Shown here piece after piece: positions 47,431-57,660 of a DNA stretch of 64,000 nt (position 1 is the first letter of the stretch; every line of letters starts with the position of its first letter). The stretch lies in the IMG/VR virus record IMGVR_UViG_2791355125_000001, positions 3,333 through 67,332 of that record; one strand, written 5' to 3'. The notes beneath the pieces were generated by a model. The model was given only the letters and a program-made list of their open reading frames with translations, ran no database searches and was not told the origin of the DNA. The stretch is from a virus. Its lineage: Duplodnaviria > Caudoviricetes. The translations under genes were made by a program, and so were the position numbers.

Positions 47431-47804
47431 CGCCGGCCGAAGCGATCGCCATGCTGGACGGCCAGCTAGCCGAGCACGGCGAGGACTGCATCCTGCGGCG
47501 AAAAGAAGGTTCGCCGCTCGTCGACAAGGACGTGACGGTTCGTGCTTTGGTGCGCGGCTTGCGCGCCGAAGACATCGTTGGCACAGCGACACAGGCATGG
47601 TCGAAAGTCGTGATCACGATGACGCAGGTCATGGCCGGCGGCTGGCCTTCCGGCCATGTGCTTGCGCCTGGCGCCGCAGATCCGCGCATTCCGCGCACAA
47701 ACGACTTCCTGACCGTGAAGGGCAAGCAGCGGCAGATCATGTTCGCAGATCCGATTTCCATTGATGGAACGGTGGTGCGCGTGAACCTGACGGTGGCGGG
47801 CTAA
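47427..47804 (+). CDS. Head closure protein
   Basis: Position and size. Confidence 0.65.
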   Translation: MTPAEAIAMLDGQLAEHGEDCILRRKEGSPLVDKDVTVRALVRGLRAEDIVGTATQAWSKVVITMTQVMAGGWPSGHVLAPGAADPRIPRTNDFLTVKGKQRQIMFADPISIDGTVVRVNLTVAG

Positions 47805-48439
47805 TGTCCACCGGCTTTGAGTTCTTCGAGCGCGATCTACGGGTCGCGACGGCAGGAATGGAGCCGGACGCGATCAATCGGGCCGTCGCCGATTTCGCCC
47901 GCAAGGAATTGCAGCGCGTCATCGCCGAGGGTGTCGCCTCGCCGAAGTTTGATCGCTTCGTCAATGGCGTTCGGGGAGCCCCAGAAGAAGCCTATCAGGC
48001 ACCGGGCGCCATCATCTACGAATTCACGAACTGGCCGCTGGTCATCAACGCAGCGCTCGACGAGTTGCGGAAGCGTTCGCCGCGGAAGTCCGGCCGGTTC
48101 GCGTCGTCTTTCATCGTCATCAGCGGTGGTCGCCTCGTCACCGATTACAGCGCCATCCCGGCCGATGCCGAGGTCATCATCACCAACGCGCAGCCCTATG
48201 TTCGCCGTCTCGAGGGCGGCAAGAAGAAGGGGCAGAAGCGCATCTTCGACGGCTCGAAAAGTGCGTTGGGGCGCCGGTTCTCAGGCGTCTTCCGTTTCGA
48301 AACCCGGTTCCTCGATATTGCCGGCGGCGTTCATCCGCTGATCCCGTACATCCTGAAGGGTTCACACGGCCGACGGGAAGGCCGCCAAGCCGGCCAGCCG
48401 ATCACCTATCCCGCAATCGTCATCAACGGCGCATCCTGA
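47804..48439 (+). CDS. HK97 gp10-like tail completion protein
   Basis: SP.KSGRF..S, ITNAQPY.RRLE.G. Confidence 0.7.
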   Translation: MSTGFEFFERDLRVATAGMEPDAINRAVADFARKELQRVIAEGVASPKFDRFVNGVRGAPEEAYQAPGAIIYEFTNWPLVINAALDELRKRSPRKSGRFASSFIVISGGRLVTDYSAIPADAEVIITNAQPYVRRLEGGKKKGQKRIFDGSKSALGRRFSGVFRFETRFLDIAGGVHPLIPYILKGSHGRREGRQAGQPITYPAIVINGAS

Positions 48440-48861
48440 TGTCCAGCCCGACCGCCTTCGACGCCTTCGCGGCTCGTCTCGCCGACTTCACCGCCTTGCC
48501 GGTGCGGTATGAGAACGAGTTCTTCCAGGACCTGATCGACGCGAACGCGCCGGCATGGGTCTATGTCGAGATCTATGGCGACACGTATGATCAGGACACC
48601 ATGGGCGCGCCCGGCGCGAACGTCTGGGAAGAGAGCGGCATCACGTATCTGCACGTGATGGTGCCGAGCGGCTCGGGCAGTCGTCAGGCCCGCGCCTATG
48701 CGAACGATCTGCTTTACCTGTTCCGCGAGCAGCCGATCGGCGGCCTAGTCATGCCGGAAATGTCCATCGGTGCCGGCGATCCAGGCAAGGACTTCCCAAA
48801 CTACTTTTCCCTCGCGGCGACGATCCATTGGACCCGTCGCGACATCACCTCGATCCCCTGA
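48439..48861 (+). CDS. Tail terminator protein
   Basis: YENE, G..YLHVMVP.GSG motifs. Confidence 0.75.
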   Translation: MSSPTAFDAFAARLADFTALPVRYENEFFQDLIDANAPAWVYVEIYGDTYDQDTMGAPGANVWEESGITYLHVMVPSGSGSRQARAYANDLLYLFREQPIGGLVMPEMSIGAGDPGKDFPNYFSLAATIHWTRRDITSIP

Positions 48862-48901
48862 ACCGGCACCGCCGGCCATCTGAAAACGAAGGAGAAAAGC
48901 C

Positions 48902-49843
48902 ATGGCCTTTGCCGATGGTTCACAGGTACGCTTGGCTGACGTGGCGGAAACGGTGATCGGCACCATTCCCGCCACTCCGGCATTCCAGATCATGCGCTAT
49001 CGCACCGCGAGCGTGCGCCTGGCGAAGCAGACGGACATTTCCGATGAAGTCCGCTCCGACCGCAACGTGCCCAGCATCACAGATGTCGGGCGCAACGTCA
49101 GCGGCTCGATCGAAACGCGGTTCAGCTACGGCACCTATGACAAGTGGCTGGAGCGCCTGTTCTGCTCGGCTTTCTCGACCGGTGTCCTGAAGAACGGCAT
49201 CACGCCAAAGGCCGGCACGCTGGAGCTCACCTATCAGCAGGGCGGCACGGACAGCTACGTCCGCTATCGCGGCTGCCGCTGGAACACGCTGGATCTCAAT
49301 CTGCGCTCCCGCCAGCCCGTACAGGCGACCTGGGGCATCATGGGTATTGGCAGCCCGACGCCGACGACCTCGATCATCACCGGTGCCACATACACCCCGG
49401 CTACGACGACGGAAGACTTCAACGCCGGCCTCAACGTGGCAAACCTGTCGATCTTGTCGACCGCAATGGTGGCTTCGCCGAAGGTGCAGGCGCTCTCTGT
49501 CCGCATCAATAACAACATCTACCAAGTCGACGTCGTCGGCCAGTACGATGCTTATGGCCACGGGCTGGGGCGGTTCGAGGTCACCGGCAATATGACGGTC
49601 CTGTTCGAAGACCTCGCCGCCTACACCGCGATCATCAGCCATGAGGATGTCGCCATCGGCTTCGACCTCTCCGACGCGAAAGGCAACAAGTACCACTTCT
49701 CCATTCCGAAGGTGAAATTCACCGATGGCGGCCCTGCGGCGCCGGGCAATGGCCAGCCTGTGGTGCTTGAGGTGCCGTTCCAGGCCTTCTTCGATCCGAC
49801 GTCGTCGGCATCGATGTCCATCACCAAGACGGATGCACCGTAA
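48902..49843 (+). CDS. Major tail tube protein
   Basis: AAGGAG SD; S.EVRSDR, VTG.MT..FED. Confidence 0.85.
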   Translation: MAFADGSQVRLADVAETVIGTIPATPAFQIMRYRTASVRLAKQTDISDEVRSDRNVPSITDVGRNVSGSIETRFSYGTYDKWLERLFCSAFSTGVLKNGITPKAGTLELTYQQGGTDSYVRYRGCRWNTLDLNLRSRQPVQATWGIMGIGSPTPTTSIITGATYTPATTTEDFNAGLNVANLSILSTAMVASPKVQALSVRINNNIYQVDVVGQYDAYGHGLGRFEVTGNMTVLFEDLAAYTAIISHEDVAIGFDLSDAKGNKYHFSIPKVKFTDGGPAAPGNGQPVVLEVPFQAFFDPTSSASMSITKTDAP

Positions 49844-50133
49844 TGAGCTCGCGCAAGAAACCCGCCCAGCCGGTCAATGCTGGACCCGAAGCCATCCTGC
49901 CGCTGACAGACTTCCGCGGCGATCCGTGGGGCACGGGGAACGAGAACGCCGTCGCTTTCCGTGCCGGCATTTTGTCGTCTCCAGTGCCAGCGGACTTCGC
50001 CACGAAGGTCAGTTCGGAGGGCAAAGCCACACGTATCGGGCAAGCCACATCTGACCCGGAAGAGATCGCGGCGAGGCAGGCCGCAACCACCATTGCCGCC
50101 GACACGGCACCGGATCAGTCCGCCGAGGGCTGA
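49843..50133 (+). CDS. Hypothetical tail-region protein
   Basis: TAATG coupling. Confidence 0.6.
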   Translation: MSSRKKPAQPVNAGPEAILPLTDFRGDPWGTGNENAVAFRAGILSSPVPADFATKVSSEGKATRIGQATSDPEEIAARQAATTIAADTAPDQSAEG

Positions 50134-50198
50134 TTTCTGCGCAGAAAGGCCGGGCGTTGTCGGGCGCCCGGCCACCTTCCCCGACAAAGGACAAGATC

Positions 50199-50660
50199 AT
50201 GACTCTCAAACTTGCCAGCCTTGCATCCGACCTATCGAAAGAGCGTGATGGTGAATGGATCGAGCCGAAGGAATGGCCCGGCCTGAACCCTGAAAAGCCA
50301 ATGGAAATGACGCAGCTTCCCGGGGTCGCCTTCCACGTCCGCTCGACGAACTATCCGCCCTATGTCACCGCACGCCAAACCGCGCTGGAAGACCTGAAGA
50401 AGGACTTTCCAGACGATCAGGTTCCGCCGGAGGTGGCTGCGCGCATCGAGGGCCAACTGGCCGTTGAACACCTGCTTCTCAACTGGCGCGGCTTCGACAT
50501 CGCGTATTCGGCCGATACCGTGAAGGTGATCCTTGCCTCCGAAGAGCATCGCGTCTTGCGCTCGATGATCTACTGGTGCGCCGGCCGTGTCGGCAAGCGT
50601 CGCGTCGAGTTCGTCAAGGACGCAGCAAAAAACTCCGAAGCGCCTTCCGCTGGCAAATAA
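50199..50660 (+). CDS. Tail assembly chaperone (G)
   Basis: Ends ...AAKN; slippery A AAA AAC at 50627-50633. Confidence 0.8.
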   Translation: MTLKLASLASDLSKERDGEWIEPKEWPGLNPEKPMEMTQLPGVAFHVRSTNYPPYVTARQTALEDLKKDFPDDQVPPEVAARIEGQLAVEHLLLNWRGFDIAYSADTVKVILASEEHRVLRSMIYWCAGRVGKRRVEFVKDAAKNSEAPSAGK

Positions 50661-50998
50661 GTCGGAAGGCGCCGGAACAAGAAGAGTGGATCAAGGACCT
50701 TATCAAGGCCTATCCCTCCGAAAGGTGGCTGGAACGCGCCGTTGAGAAACCGCCAGCCGGTGCGGAGCCGGAAGCGTGGCATTCCTTCTATCTGCGGGCA
50801 TGGGAAGTTCTCCGCTTCGATAGGCAATACGGTGCCTATGGCGGAGAGACCCCGATCAGCTTCATGGCGCTGGACACCTACGCCCGGCGCTACGGCATCG
50901 AAGGCGAGGCTTTCGATCGCTTCCTCGCCTTCATGTCAGCACTCGATGACGAGTGGCTGGATCACGCCGCCCAACAGCAGAAGTCGCAACCTGACTAA
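50627..50998 (+). CDS. Tail assembly chaperone GT extension (-1 frameshift frame)
   Basis: Open -1 frame KKLRSAFRWQ...PISF.A...YA..YG...LDDEWL. Confidence 0.8.
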   Translation, partial: KKLRSAFRWQISRKAPEQEEWIKDLIKAYPSERWLERAVEKPPAGAEPEAWHSFYLRAWEVLRFDRQYGAYGGETPISFMALDTYARRYGIEGEAFDRFLAFMSALDDEWLDHAAQQQKSQPD

Positions 50999-51015
50999 CC
51001 GGTCTGGAGAAGCCT

Positions 51016-54000
51016 GTGGTTCAACAGATTTCAGCGCTGATCGTCCAGCCGGCTCTCGATGCGTCGAAATATACCCCCGGCGCGAATGCGAAGGTTGCCG
51101 CCGACCGGGCAATGGCCGAGTCCGCCAAGGAGGCTGGTGCCGCACAGCGCGGTGTGTCTGTCGTTCTGACGGACACCTCGGCCAAGCTGACGGTGACAGG
51201 GGACGTCCTGGCTCGCCTGTCGCGTACCTATGTGGAAGGCGCGCGGCAGACACAGGCTTTCGGGCGCGACCTCAATGCACTGAACCGTGCTTTGGAAACC
51301 GGAAAGGCCGAAGTCGCCGACGTGGCCAATGTGCTTGTCGGCATGCAGCAGAAGCTTGGTCTGGTGGCCGATTCGTCTACGCTTGTCGCTTCGGGGCAGA
51401 CGAAACTGGCGGCGGCCGTCGATCTCGCTAACAGCAACATCCGCCAGCAAACCACGCTACTCAATGAGGTCGCAATTGCGGAGGCCAAGGCCGCCCAACA
51501 GGCTGAGAACCATCGTCAGATCGCGGCGGCCAATCAGAACAAGTTCAATACGGTCCTGGGCGTCAGCTCGGGCTCATCCAGCGCGGCTGCGTCCGCTGGT
51601 GTGTTCACGGCTGAGTTTGATCGTTTGGACCAGATCGCGCGCCAAAAGGCGACCCAGATCGGCCAGAACTTCGTCGGTGATCTCAACGCATCGCTGATTG
51701 CCGGAGCGCCGAAATCCGCTTCGGTTTCCGCTAGCGCCTTTCAGGCCGAGTTCGATCGGCTCGATCAGATCGCCACGATGAAGGCGCAGCACGTCGGTGC
51801 ACTGTTCCAGCAGCAGTTGAACGAATCCTTTGGCATCGGTGTCTCACCCTTGTCCGCAAGATCGTCTGCGGCGGTCTTCGAGGAGGCGGGGCGAGAAGCG
51901 GACCAGATGGCTGCGAAGGTTGCCGCACTGCGCGCCGAGTTGAACCCGCTGGCAGCGGTTCAGGATCGCGTCAATGCGGAGATCGCCGAATATTCGGTTC
52001 TCGCGCAGCGCGGCATGATCAGCGCCGAGGAATTTGCGAAAGCGCAAGCGATGGCGCGCGCACGCGGCGGCCAGAGCAGCGGGGCGGCGCGCGCTGCTGG
52101 ATTTAATGCCGGCCAGCAGATCCAGGACATCGCCATGATGTCCCTTATCGGCCAGAACCCGATGACGCTTGCGCTGCAGCAGGGCCCGCAGTTGGCAACT
52201 GCAATTCAGCAGGGCGGTGGTCTGGCCGCCTTGGGCACCGGTCTCGCATCAGTGTTCAGCACCACGACTCTGCTGACCGTTGGCATCACCGCCGCTACTG
52301 CCGCCACCATCCAGTGGTTCATGAAAGGCAAGGATGGCGCGAACGGCATGGCCGACGCGATCGCCAAGAACGACAAGGCAGTTCGCGATCTCGCCGCCGC
52401 TTACAAATTGGCCGACTTCAACGCTGACGAACTCGGCAAGAAGACGGTGATTGCCGCCGAAGCGTCAGAGCGGATTTCTCGCCGCGAACTGGAGCGACAG
52501 ATCAGGCAGGCCGGCAAGGAAATCCAGGGCGCCACTTCGCCTTCCGATTACATGACTTTCGGATTGCTGGGCGGCGGACAGGAGCACACGGTTGATCCCC
52601 GCTTTGCGGCGTTTACCGGGCCGATCCGTGAGGTGCGCAAGCTGCTGTCCGAGGGGAAGGCGGATTTCGCGACGCTGGAGAAAATCCAGAATGAGATCGA
52701 GGCTATTGCTGACCAAGGGTACGGCTCATTCCGCACGTTTGTCGACGACATGGCGCGCATGGTCGGCCTTAAACCGGAGGGAATCCGCGACACGGCCGAC
52801 GACCTCCAAGACATCATCACGAAGGCGGCCGAGGCGGCGCGGCGTCTGGAACAACTCGATAACCTCAATCGGAATGGCCGCCGCGACCGCGTCGTCGGCC
52901 CAAACAGGATGGAGGACACGCAAGAGGCCGCGCGTCGCGTTCTGGAAGAGCAGCGCCGTGAGCGCGAGATCAAGTTTTCGGCCGACGAAGAACGGCTTCA
53001 GGCGCAACTGCAGCAGCAGCGGGCCCGCACCAATGCGGAACGTCTCGCAGCAGCGGAGCGTGTTGCACGCGCCGAAGGCGGCGACGTCAATGCCGAGGTG
53101 CGTATTCGCCGTGCGCTTGCCGAAGAACGCACCCGTCAGGAAGTTGAAGCCCGTGACGCCGCTATCCAGCGCAGCCAGGCGATCGAACGCTCGCTCCAGC
53201 AGCAGCGGCTCGAGCTTGACCTGATCGGCAAGACGACTGGAGAGCAAGCCAAGCTGCGTTTCGAGTTCGAGCGCATGCAGGAGTTGCGCGAACAGGCAGC
53301 GCGCACTGATGAGCCGATTAACGATAAAGAGGTCGCCAAGGTCAAGGCCGCAGCCGAGGCGATGAAGCAATATGCCGATGCGGCGGCACGCACGCGGCTC
53401 CAGCAGGACCTTCTGTTTGACCTTCGCCAGATGGGCCGCTCGCAGGCAGATCAATCCGTAGCGTCTCAACTGCGTTCCGCCGGCCTCCCTGAAGACCTCG
53501 ATTCCGAGATCGCCAAGGTCATCCGGATGCGGGACGAGATCGCCCGGATGAAAGGAACTTGGGAGGATGTTTTCCAGTCCGCTCGCGATGGCATCGATGG
53601 CGTCGTCGACGCGCTCTTCGGTGACGGCTCCATCGAGGACGCGTTGCGCAAGGCGGGCCAGCAGTTCGCCCGCATGATGTTCGACATGGCCGCAACTAAT
53701 CCGGCCAAGAACTGGCTGACCGGCTCCAATCTTAACTCCATCGCCGATCTGGGCATTTTCGGCAGCGGCGCAACCAGCGGTCAAGGTGGCGGCTTCGGTG
53801 GCGTCCTCGGCAATCTCCTGGGCGCGCAGAAAGCCGTCGGCGCCATGCAGGTGCAGGCCGCCACCGTCGTCATCAATGGCTCGGTCTTGGGTGGGGCTGG
53901 CGGCATTGGGACCGGCCTCCCGAATATCCTCGGCGGCACGGCCGCCAACGACAATTTCGCGCCCCCGAAGTTCCTGTCCGGTATCGGTTCGCCTACGCAG

Positions 54001-55149
54001 GCATCACTCGGAGATCCTGTCAGCCTCGCTTCTGGACTGCTCGGGTTCAGCGAGAGCCGTGATGCGGGGGCCATCAACAGCTATCTCCGCGCTGGTGGCG
54101 TCAATCTCGATGCCGCAAGCCAGGCTTGGTGCGCCGCATTCGTCAACTCGTCTCTGAAGCAGATCGGGGTCAATGGCTCCGGCTCGAATGTCGCCACGTC
54201 CTTCCTGAATTGGGGGAAGTCGGTGAACCCGGCCGATGTGCTGCGCGGCGACGTTCTCGTCCAGTCGCGTGGCCTGTCTGCGGGGCAACTTGGCGGCCAT
54301 GTCGGGTTCGCTACCGGTCTCACCCGCATGGACGACAAGCAACTGCAACTGCAGATGCTGTCGGGAAACACGTCCAATAAGGTCGGCCTTGACTGGTACA
54401 ATGCCAGCGACCTCAGCGTGCGGAGAGCAACGGCTGGCACCGGCAACATGAGTGGCCTGCTGGGCTCCTCGAACAAGGCTTCGGAAGCACTCGACAAGCT
54501 GGCGACCAGTTCAATCGGCTCGGCTGGCAGTCTTGCCAGCGGGCTCGGCAGCCTGACCGGCGTGACCCAATCGACCATGCAGGCGCTGGAACAGTTCGGT
54601 ATCGGCGCCAACAATCTCGGTTCGATGCTGCAGAACCTGATGACGACCGGTGGCGGCTTTGGCGGCAACTGGTTCGCCAATCTCGCCGGCATGTTCGGCG
54701 GAGCGGGTGGTGCCGTCAATTACATGAACAGCATATCGCCGGCAGCGACCGCGAGCATCCTGAAGGGTGGTGTCGGCCTGTTTGCCACCGGTGCGGCGTT
54801 CTGGGGTGGCAATGTTGTTCCGTTCGCCAATGGCGATGTGTTCCACTCTCCGGCTTACTTCCCAATGTCGGGCGGCAAGACCGGGATGCTCGGTGAAGCC
54901 GGCCCAGAGGCGATTATGCCGCTGCGACGCGGCAGCGACGGCAGGCTGGGTGTAGCGGCACAGATGGGCTTCAGGGGCCCGTCTGGCTTCGGCGCCGGAC
55001 AGATCGAGAGCCTCTTCAACTCGCTCGCCAAGAAGATGCAGTTCAACAGCAAGATCGTGAACGTGTTCGATCCGTCCGTGGTCGGGGATTACCTCAGGAC
55101 CGACGAGGGCGAGCAACTGGTCATGAACATTCAGCGCAGGAACAGCTAA
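51016..55149 (+). CDS. Tail tape measure protein with CHAP-like domain
   Basis: QIQD..LQQGPQ lambda TMP motif; WCAAFVN..GHVGF; GEAGPEAIMPL. Confidence 0.92.
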   Translation: MVQQISALIVQPALDASKYTPGANAKVAADRAMAESAKEAGAAQRGVSVVLTDTSAKLTVTGDVLARLSRTYVEGARQTQAFGRDLNALNRALETGKAEVADVANVLVGMQQKLGLVADSSTLVASGQTKLAAAVDLANSNIRQQTTLLNEVAIAEAKAAQQAENHRQIAAANQNKFNTVLGVSSGSSSAAASAGVFTAEFDRLDQIARQKATQIGQNFVGDLNASLIAGAPKSASVSASAFQAEFDRLDQIATMKAQHVGALFQQQLNESFGIGVSPLSARSSAAVFEEAGREADQMAAKVAALRAELNPLAAVQDRVNAEIAEYSVLAQRGMISAEEFAKAQAMARARGGQSSGAARAAGFNAGQQIQDIAMMSLIGQNPMTLALQQGPQLATAIQQGGGLAALGTGLASVFSTTTLLTVGITAATAATIQWFMKGKDGANGMADAIAKNDKAVRDLAAAYKLADFNADELGKKTVIAAEASERISRRELERQIRQAGKEIQGATSPSDYMTFGLLGGGQEHTVDPRFAAFTGPIREVRKLLSEGKADFATLEKIQNEIEAIADQGYGSFRTFVDDMARMVGLKPEGIRDTADDLQDIITKAAEAARRLEQLDNLNRNGRRDRVVGPNRMEDTQEAARRVLEEQRREREIKFSADEERLQAQLQQQRARTNAERLAAAERVARAEGGDVNAEVRIRRALAEERTRQEVEARDAAIQRSQAIERSLQQQRLELDLIGKTTGEQAKLRFEFERMQELREQAARTDEPINDKEVAKVKAAAEAMKQYADAAARTRLQQDLLFDLRQMGRSQADQSVASQLRSAGLPEDLDSEIAKVIRMRDEIARMKGTWEDVFQSARDGIDGVVDALFGDGSIEDALRKAGQQFARMMFDMAATNPAKNWLTGSNLNSIADLGIFGSGATSGQGGGFGGVLGNLLGAQKAVGAMQVQAATVVINGSVLGGAGGIGTGLPNILGGTAANDNFAPPKFLSGIGSPTQASLGDPVSLASGLLGFSESRDAGAINSYLRAGGVNLDAASQAWCAAFVNSSLKQIGVNGSGSNVATSFLNWGKSVNPADVLRGDVLVQSRGLSAGQLGGHVGFATGLTRMDDKQLQLQMLSGNTSNKVGLDWYNASDLSVRRATAGTGNMSGLLGSSNKASEALDKLATSSIGSAGSLASGLGSLTGVTQSTMQALEQFGIGANNLGSMLQNLMTTGGGFGGNWFANLAGMFGGAGGAVNYMNSISPAATASILKGGVGLFATGAAFWGGNVVPFANGDVFHSPAYFPMSGGKTGMLGEAGPEAIMPLRRGSDGRLGVAAQMGFRGPSGFGAGQIESLFNSLAKKMQFNSKIVNVFDPSVVGDYLRTDEGEQLVMNIQRRNS

Positions 55150-55151
55150 CC

Positions 55152-55526
55152 ATGGCCTACCTCAATCCGCGCGTGCTCGACCTTGGCTTGAACGTCCTGG
55201 TGACCGAAACCACTCGGCTCCACTACTGCTCGGACGAACCCACGACCTACGCCCAGGCCGTGTCTCTCTCGCTGGGGAGCAAGGCCAGTCCGACCATTGG
55301 CGCACCAGTAGATCGGACGCCGTCGGGCAGAAAGGTGACCGTTGCGGCGGTTGCGAACGGGGCGGCTACAGGGGCGGGATCGATCACCCATTACGCCCTC
55401 GTCGATGCTACCAATTCGCGCCTGCTTGCGACGCGGGAGACGGCGGCGGCAAAGGCCGTTGCTACCGGCGACACGATCACGTCGGCAGCGTTTGACGTCG
55501 GCATTCCGGGTGCTGGTGGGGCCTGA
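55152..55526 (+). CDS. Virion structural protein
   Basis: Beta-rich, 124 aa, follows TMP. Confidence 0.65.
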   Translation: MAYLNPRVLDLGLNVLVTETTRLHYCSDEPTTYAQAVSLSLGSKASPTIGAPVDRTPSGRKVTVAAVANGAATGAGSITHYALVDATNSRLLATRETAAAKAVATGDTITSAAFDVGIPGAGGA

Positions 55527-56818
55527 TGGCGACTGTCAGCGTCGATCCCGTCGGGATCACAACAGGGGCGCCAGTCCTTGGGTCACCGGCTGTTGCCCTG
55601 AGCATTGCAGTCGTCCCGCAGTCGATCGCGACAGGGGCTCCAGTGCTCGACCGCGCCGATGTTGTCGTGCTGCCGGAGACTTGGCCGTTCAGAGCCAGGT
55701 TCCCCCTTGCCGAAACGCTGGAATGGATGACCGAAGTACTCGGCAGCCGAACCGGCGAACAGCGCTTGGCGTTGCGTAGCGCACCGCGGCAGTCGTTTTC
55801 GTACAGCGTCCGCCTGTCGATCGCCGATTACGCCAGAGGTGCTGCCTTCGCGCGGCGCCGCGTCGGAACTGTCATTGGCGTTCCTGTCTGGGCGGAAGGG
55901 ATCGACCTTGCGGTCGACATAGCGGCCACGGCGAGCATTCTTCCCGTCGACACCACGGCTGGAGACTGGCGCGTCAACGGCGGCGTCATGATCTGGGAGC
56001 GCTCGGATAAATTCGTCGTCGCGCGGATCACGTCGGTTTCGCCTGACTCTCTGGAATTGCTGGCGCCGATAGGGCTGGATTTCCAGAAGCCGGCGATAAT
56101 TCCGCTCCGCTTCGCGCTGGTGCCCGAAGGGTTCTCCGTCGACAGGAACACGACATACAGCGACGTCGGGACGAAGTTCCTGGTCACCGATAACATCGAC
56201 CTAGCGGCTGCTTACGTCTCCACTTACCCGAAGTATCAGGGGCTCGACGTGGTGACTGAGGCGCCTCTTCTCGTCGCCAACGTCTCCGACAGCATTGTCA
56301 GATCAATGGAGCTGAACGACAACGGTTTCGGGCCGATCGTGGTCGAGACGCTGCGCAGCTATGTCGACTTCGGCCAGACCGTGTCGTTCATGGAAAGCCG
56401 CCCGTCTGGCGTCTGGAAGCGCCGCAAGTGGCTGCATTCGCTCCGGGGCAAGCAGAAGCCGTTCTGGCTGCCAACGTTCAATCAGGACATTTTGCTGCAG
56501 GCAAATATCGGCGCCGCGGCGACAACGGCCCTAGTGCGCAGCATCGGGCATCCGAGTTCGTATATCGGCCGTCACGTCATGATCCTGCTGAAGGACGGCA
56601 CCCGCTTGCAGCGACAGATCACGAATGCTGGCGCCTCCGATGGTGGAAACGACACCATCGTCATTTCCTCGAGCCTCGGGAAGTCGGCCGCGCCGGCTGA
56701 CGTGGCCCTCTTCTGCTTCATCTCCAGGGTTCGCCTGAACTCCGATTCCGTGTCGATCGACCACAAGTATATCGACGCCTCGGTGGTCAACATTCCAGTT
56801 ATCGAGGTCCCGGCATGA
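55526..56818 (+). CDS. Distal tail protein
   Basis: ETLEW.T.V....EQR.ALR..PR; GKQ.PFWLPT. Confidence 0.75.
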   Translation: MATVSVDPVGITTGAPVLGSPAVALSIAVVPQSIATGAPVLDRADVVVLPETWPFRARFPLAETLEWMTEVLGSRTGEQRLALRSAPRQSFSYSVRLSIADYARGAAFARRRVGTVIGVPVWAEGIDLAVDIAATASILPVDTTAGDWRVNGGVMIWERSDKFVVARITSVSPDSLELLAPIGLDFQKPAIIPLRFALVPEGFSVDRNTTYSDVGTKFLVTDNIDLAAAYVSTYPKYQGLDVVTEAPLLVANVSDSIVRSMELNDNGFGPIVVETLRSYVDFGQTVSFMESRPSGVWKRRKWLHSLRGKQKPFWLPTFNQDILLQANIGAAATTALVRSIGHPSSYIGRHVMILLKDGTRLQRQITNAGASDGGNDTIVISSSLGKSAAPADVALFCFISRVRLNSDSVSIDHKYIDASVVNIPVIEVPA

Positions 56819-57648
56819 GCTACGACACGCCCGAGACGTCGGTTGACCAGGGCCAGCCGTATTTCCTCTATCTGTTCGACAATGGCGTGTCGCAGGTCAG
56901 GCTGGCGTCCGATGCGACCGATCTGAGGAAAGATCCAGAACTCTCCGGCGAGGCAAAGACCTGGACGGGATCGCCGATCAAGCATGAAAATATCAAGCAG
57001 ACCGGCAACATCGAGAAGAACTACGTCGATCTGATCTTTCCTTTATCGGACCCCTACGGCCGCACGCTGCTCTCGCCCGCGCCTCAGATCACCACCGTCA
57101 CGATCTGGCGCGGCCATCACACGGACCTGTCGGAGCAACACCGCGTCATCTGGAAAGGCCGAATTGTCGGCACCAAGGAAGTCGGGCAGACGATCAGGGT
57201 GACGGTCGAAAGCATCTTCACCTCGATGCGTCGACCGGGCTGCCGGGCTCGCTATCAGCGGACCTGCCGACATGCGCTTTACCTTCCCGGCTGCAATCTG
57301 AATGTGAGCGATTTCAAGGTGCCCGCGACGGTAACTGCCGTGAACACCCTTGCCCTGACCGTGGCCGCCGCAGCCTCAAAAGAGGACGGTTACTACAAGG
57401 CCGGCGTGGTCATCTTCAACGGCCTCTACGGCTGGGTTGAAAAGCATGTCGGCAACCAGCTGACGCTCATCACTCAGATCAACGGACTGGCCGAGGCGGT
57501 CGCCAAATCCGGATCGGCGGCGGTCGAAATCGCGCCGGGCTGTGATCTCTCGGTCAAGACCTGCAACGCCAAATTTAACAACCGGCTGAACTTCGGCGGC
57601 TTCCCCTTCATGACCGACGAAAACCCGTTCTCGATCAGCATCGTCTGA
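56815..57648 (+). CDS. BR0599/DUF2163 tail hub protein (Fe-S cysteines)
   Basis: CRHALY..GC; PGCD....C..KF.N..NFGGFP. Confidence 0.9.
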   Translation: MSYDTPETSVDQGQPYFLYLFDNGVSQVRLASDATDLRKDPELSGEAKTWTGSPIKHENIKQTGNIEKNYVDLIFPLSDPYGRTLLSPAPQITTVTIWRGHHTDLSEQHRVIWKGRIVGTKEVGQTIRVTVESIFTSMRRPGCRARYQRTCRHALYLPGCNLNVSDFKVPATVTAVNTLALTVAAAASKEDGYYKAGVVIFNGLYGWVEKHVGNQLTLITQINGLAEAVAKSGSAAVEIAPGCDLSVKTCNAKFNNRLNFGGFPFMTDENPFSISIV

Positions 57649-57660
57649 GGCTAACCCGAC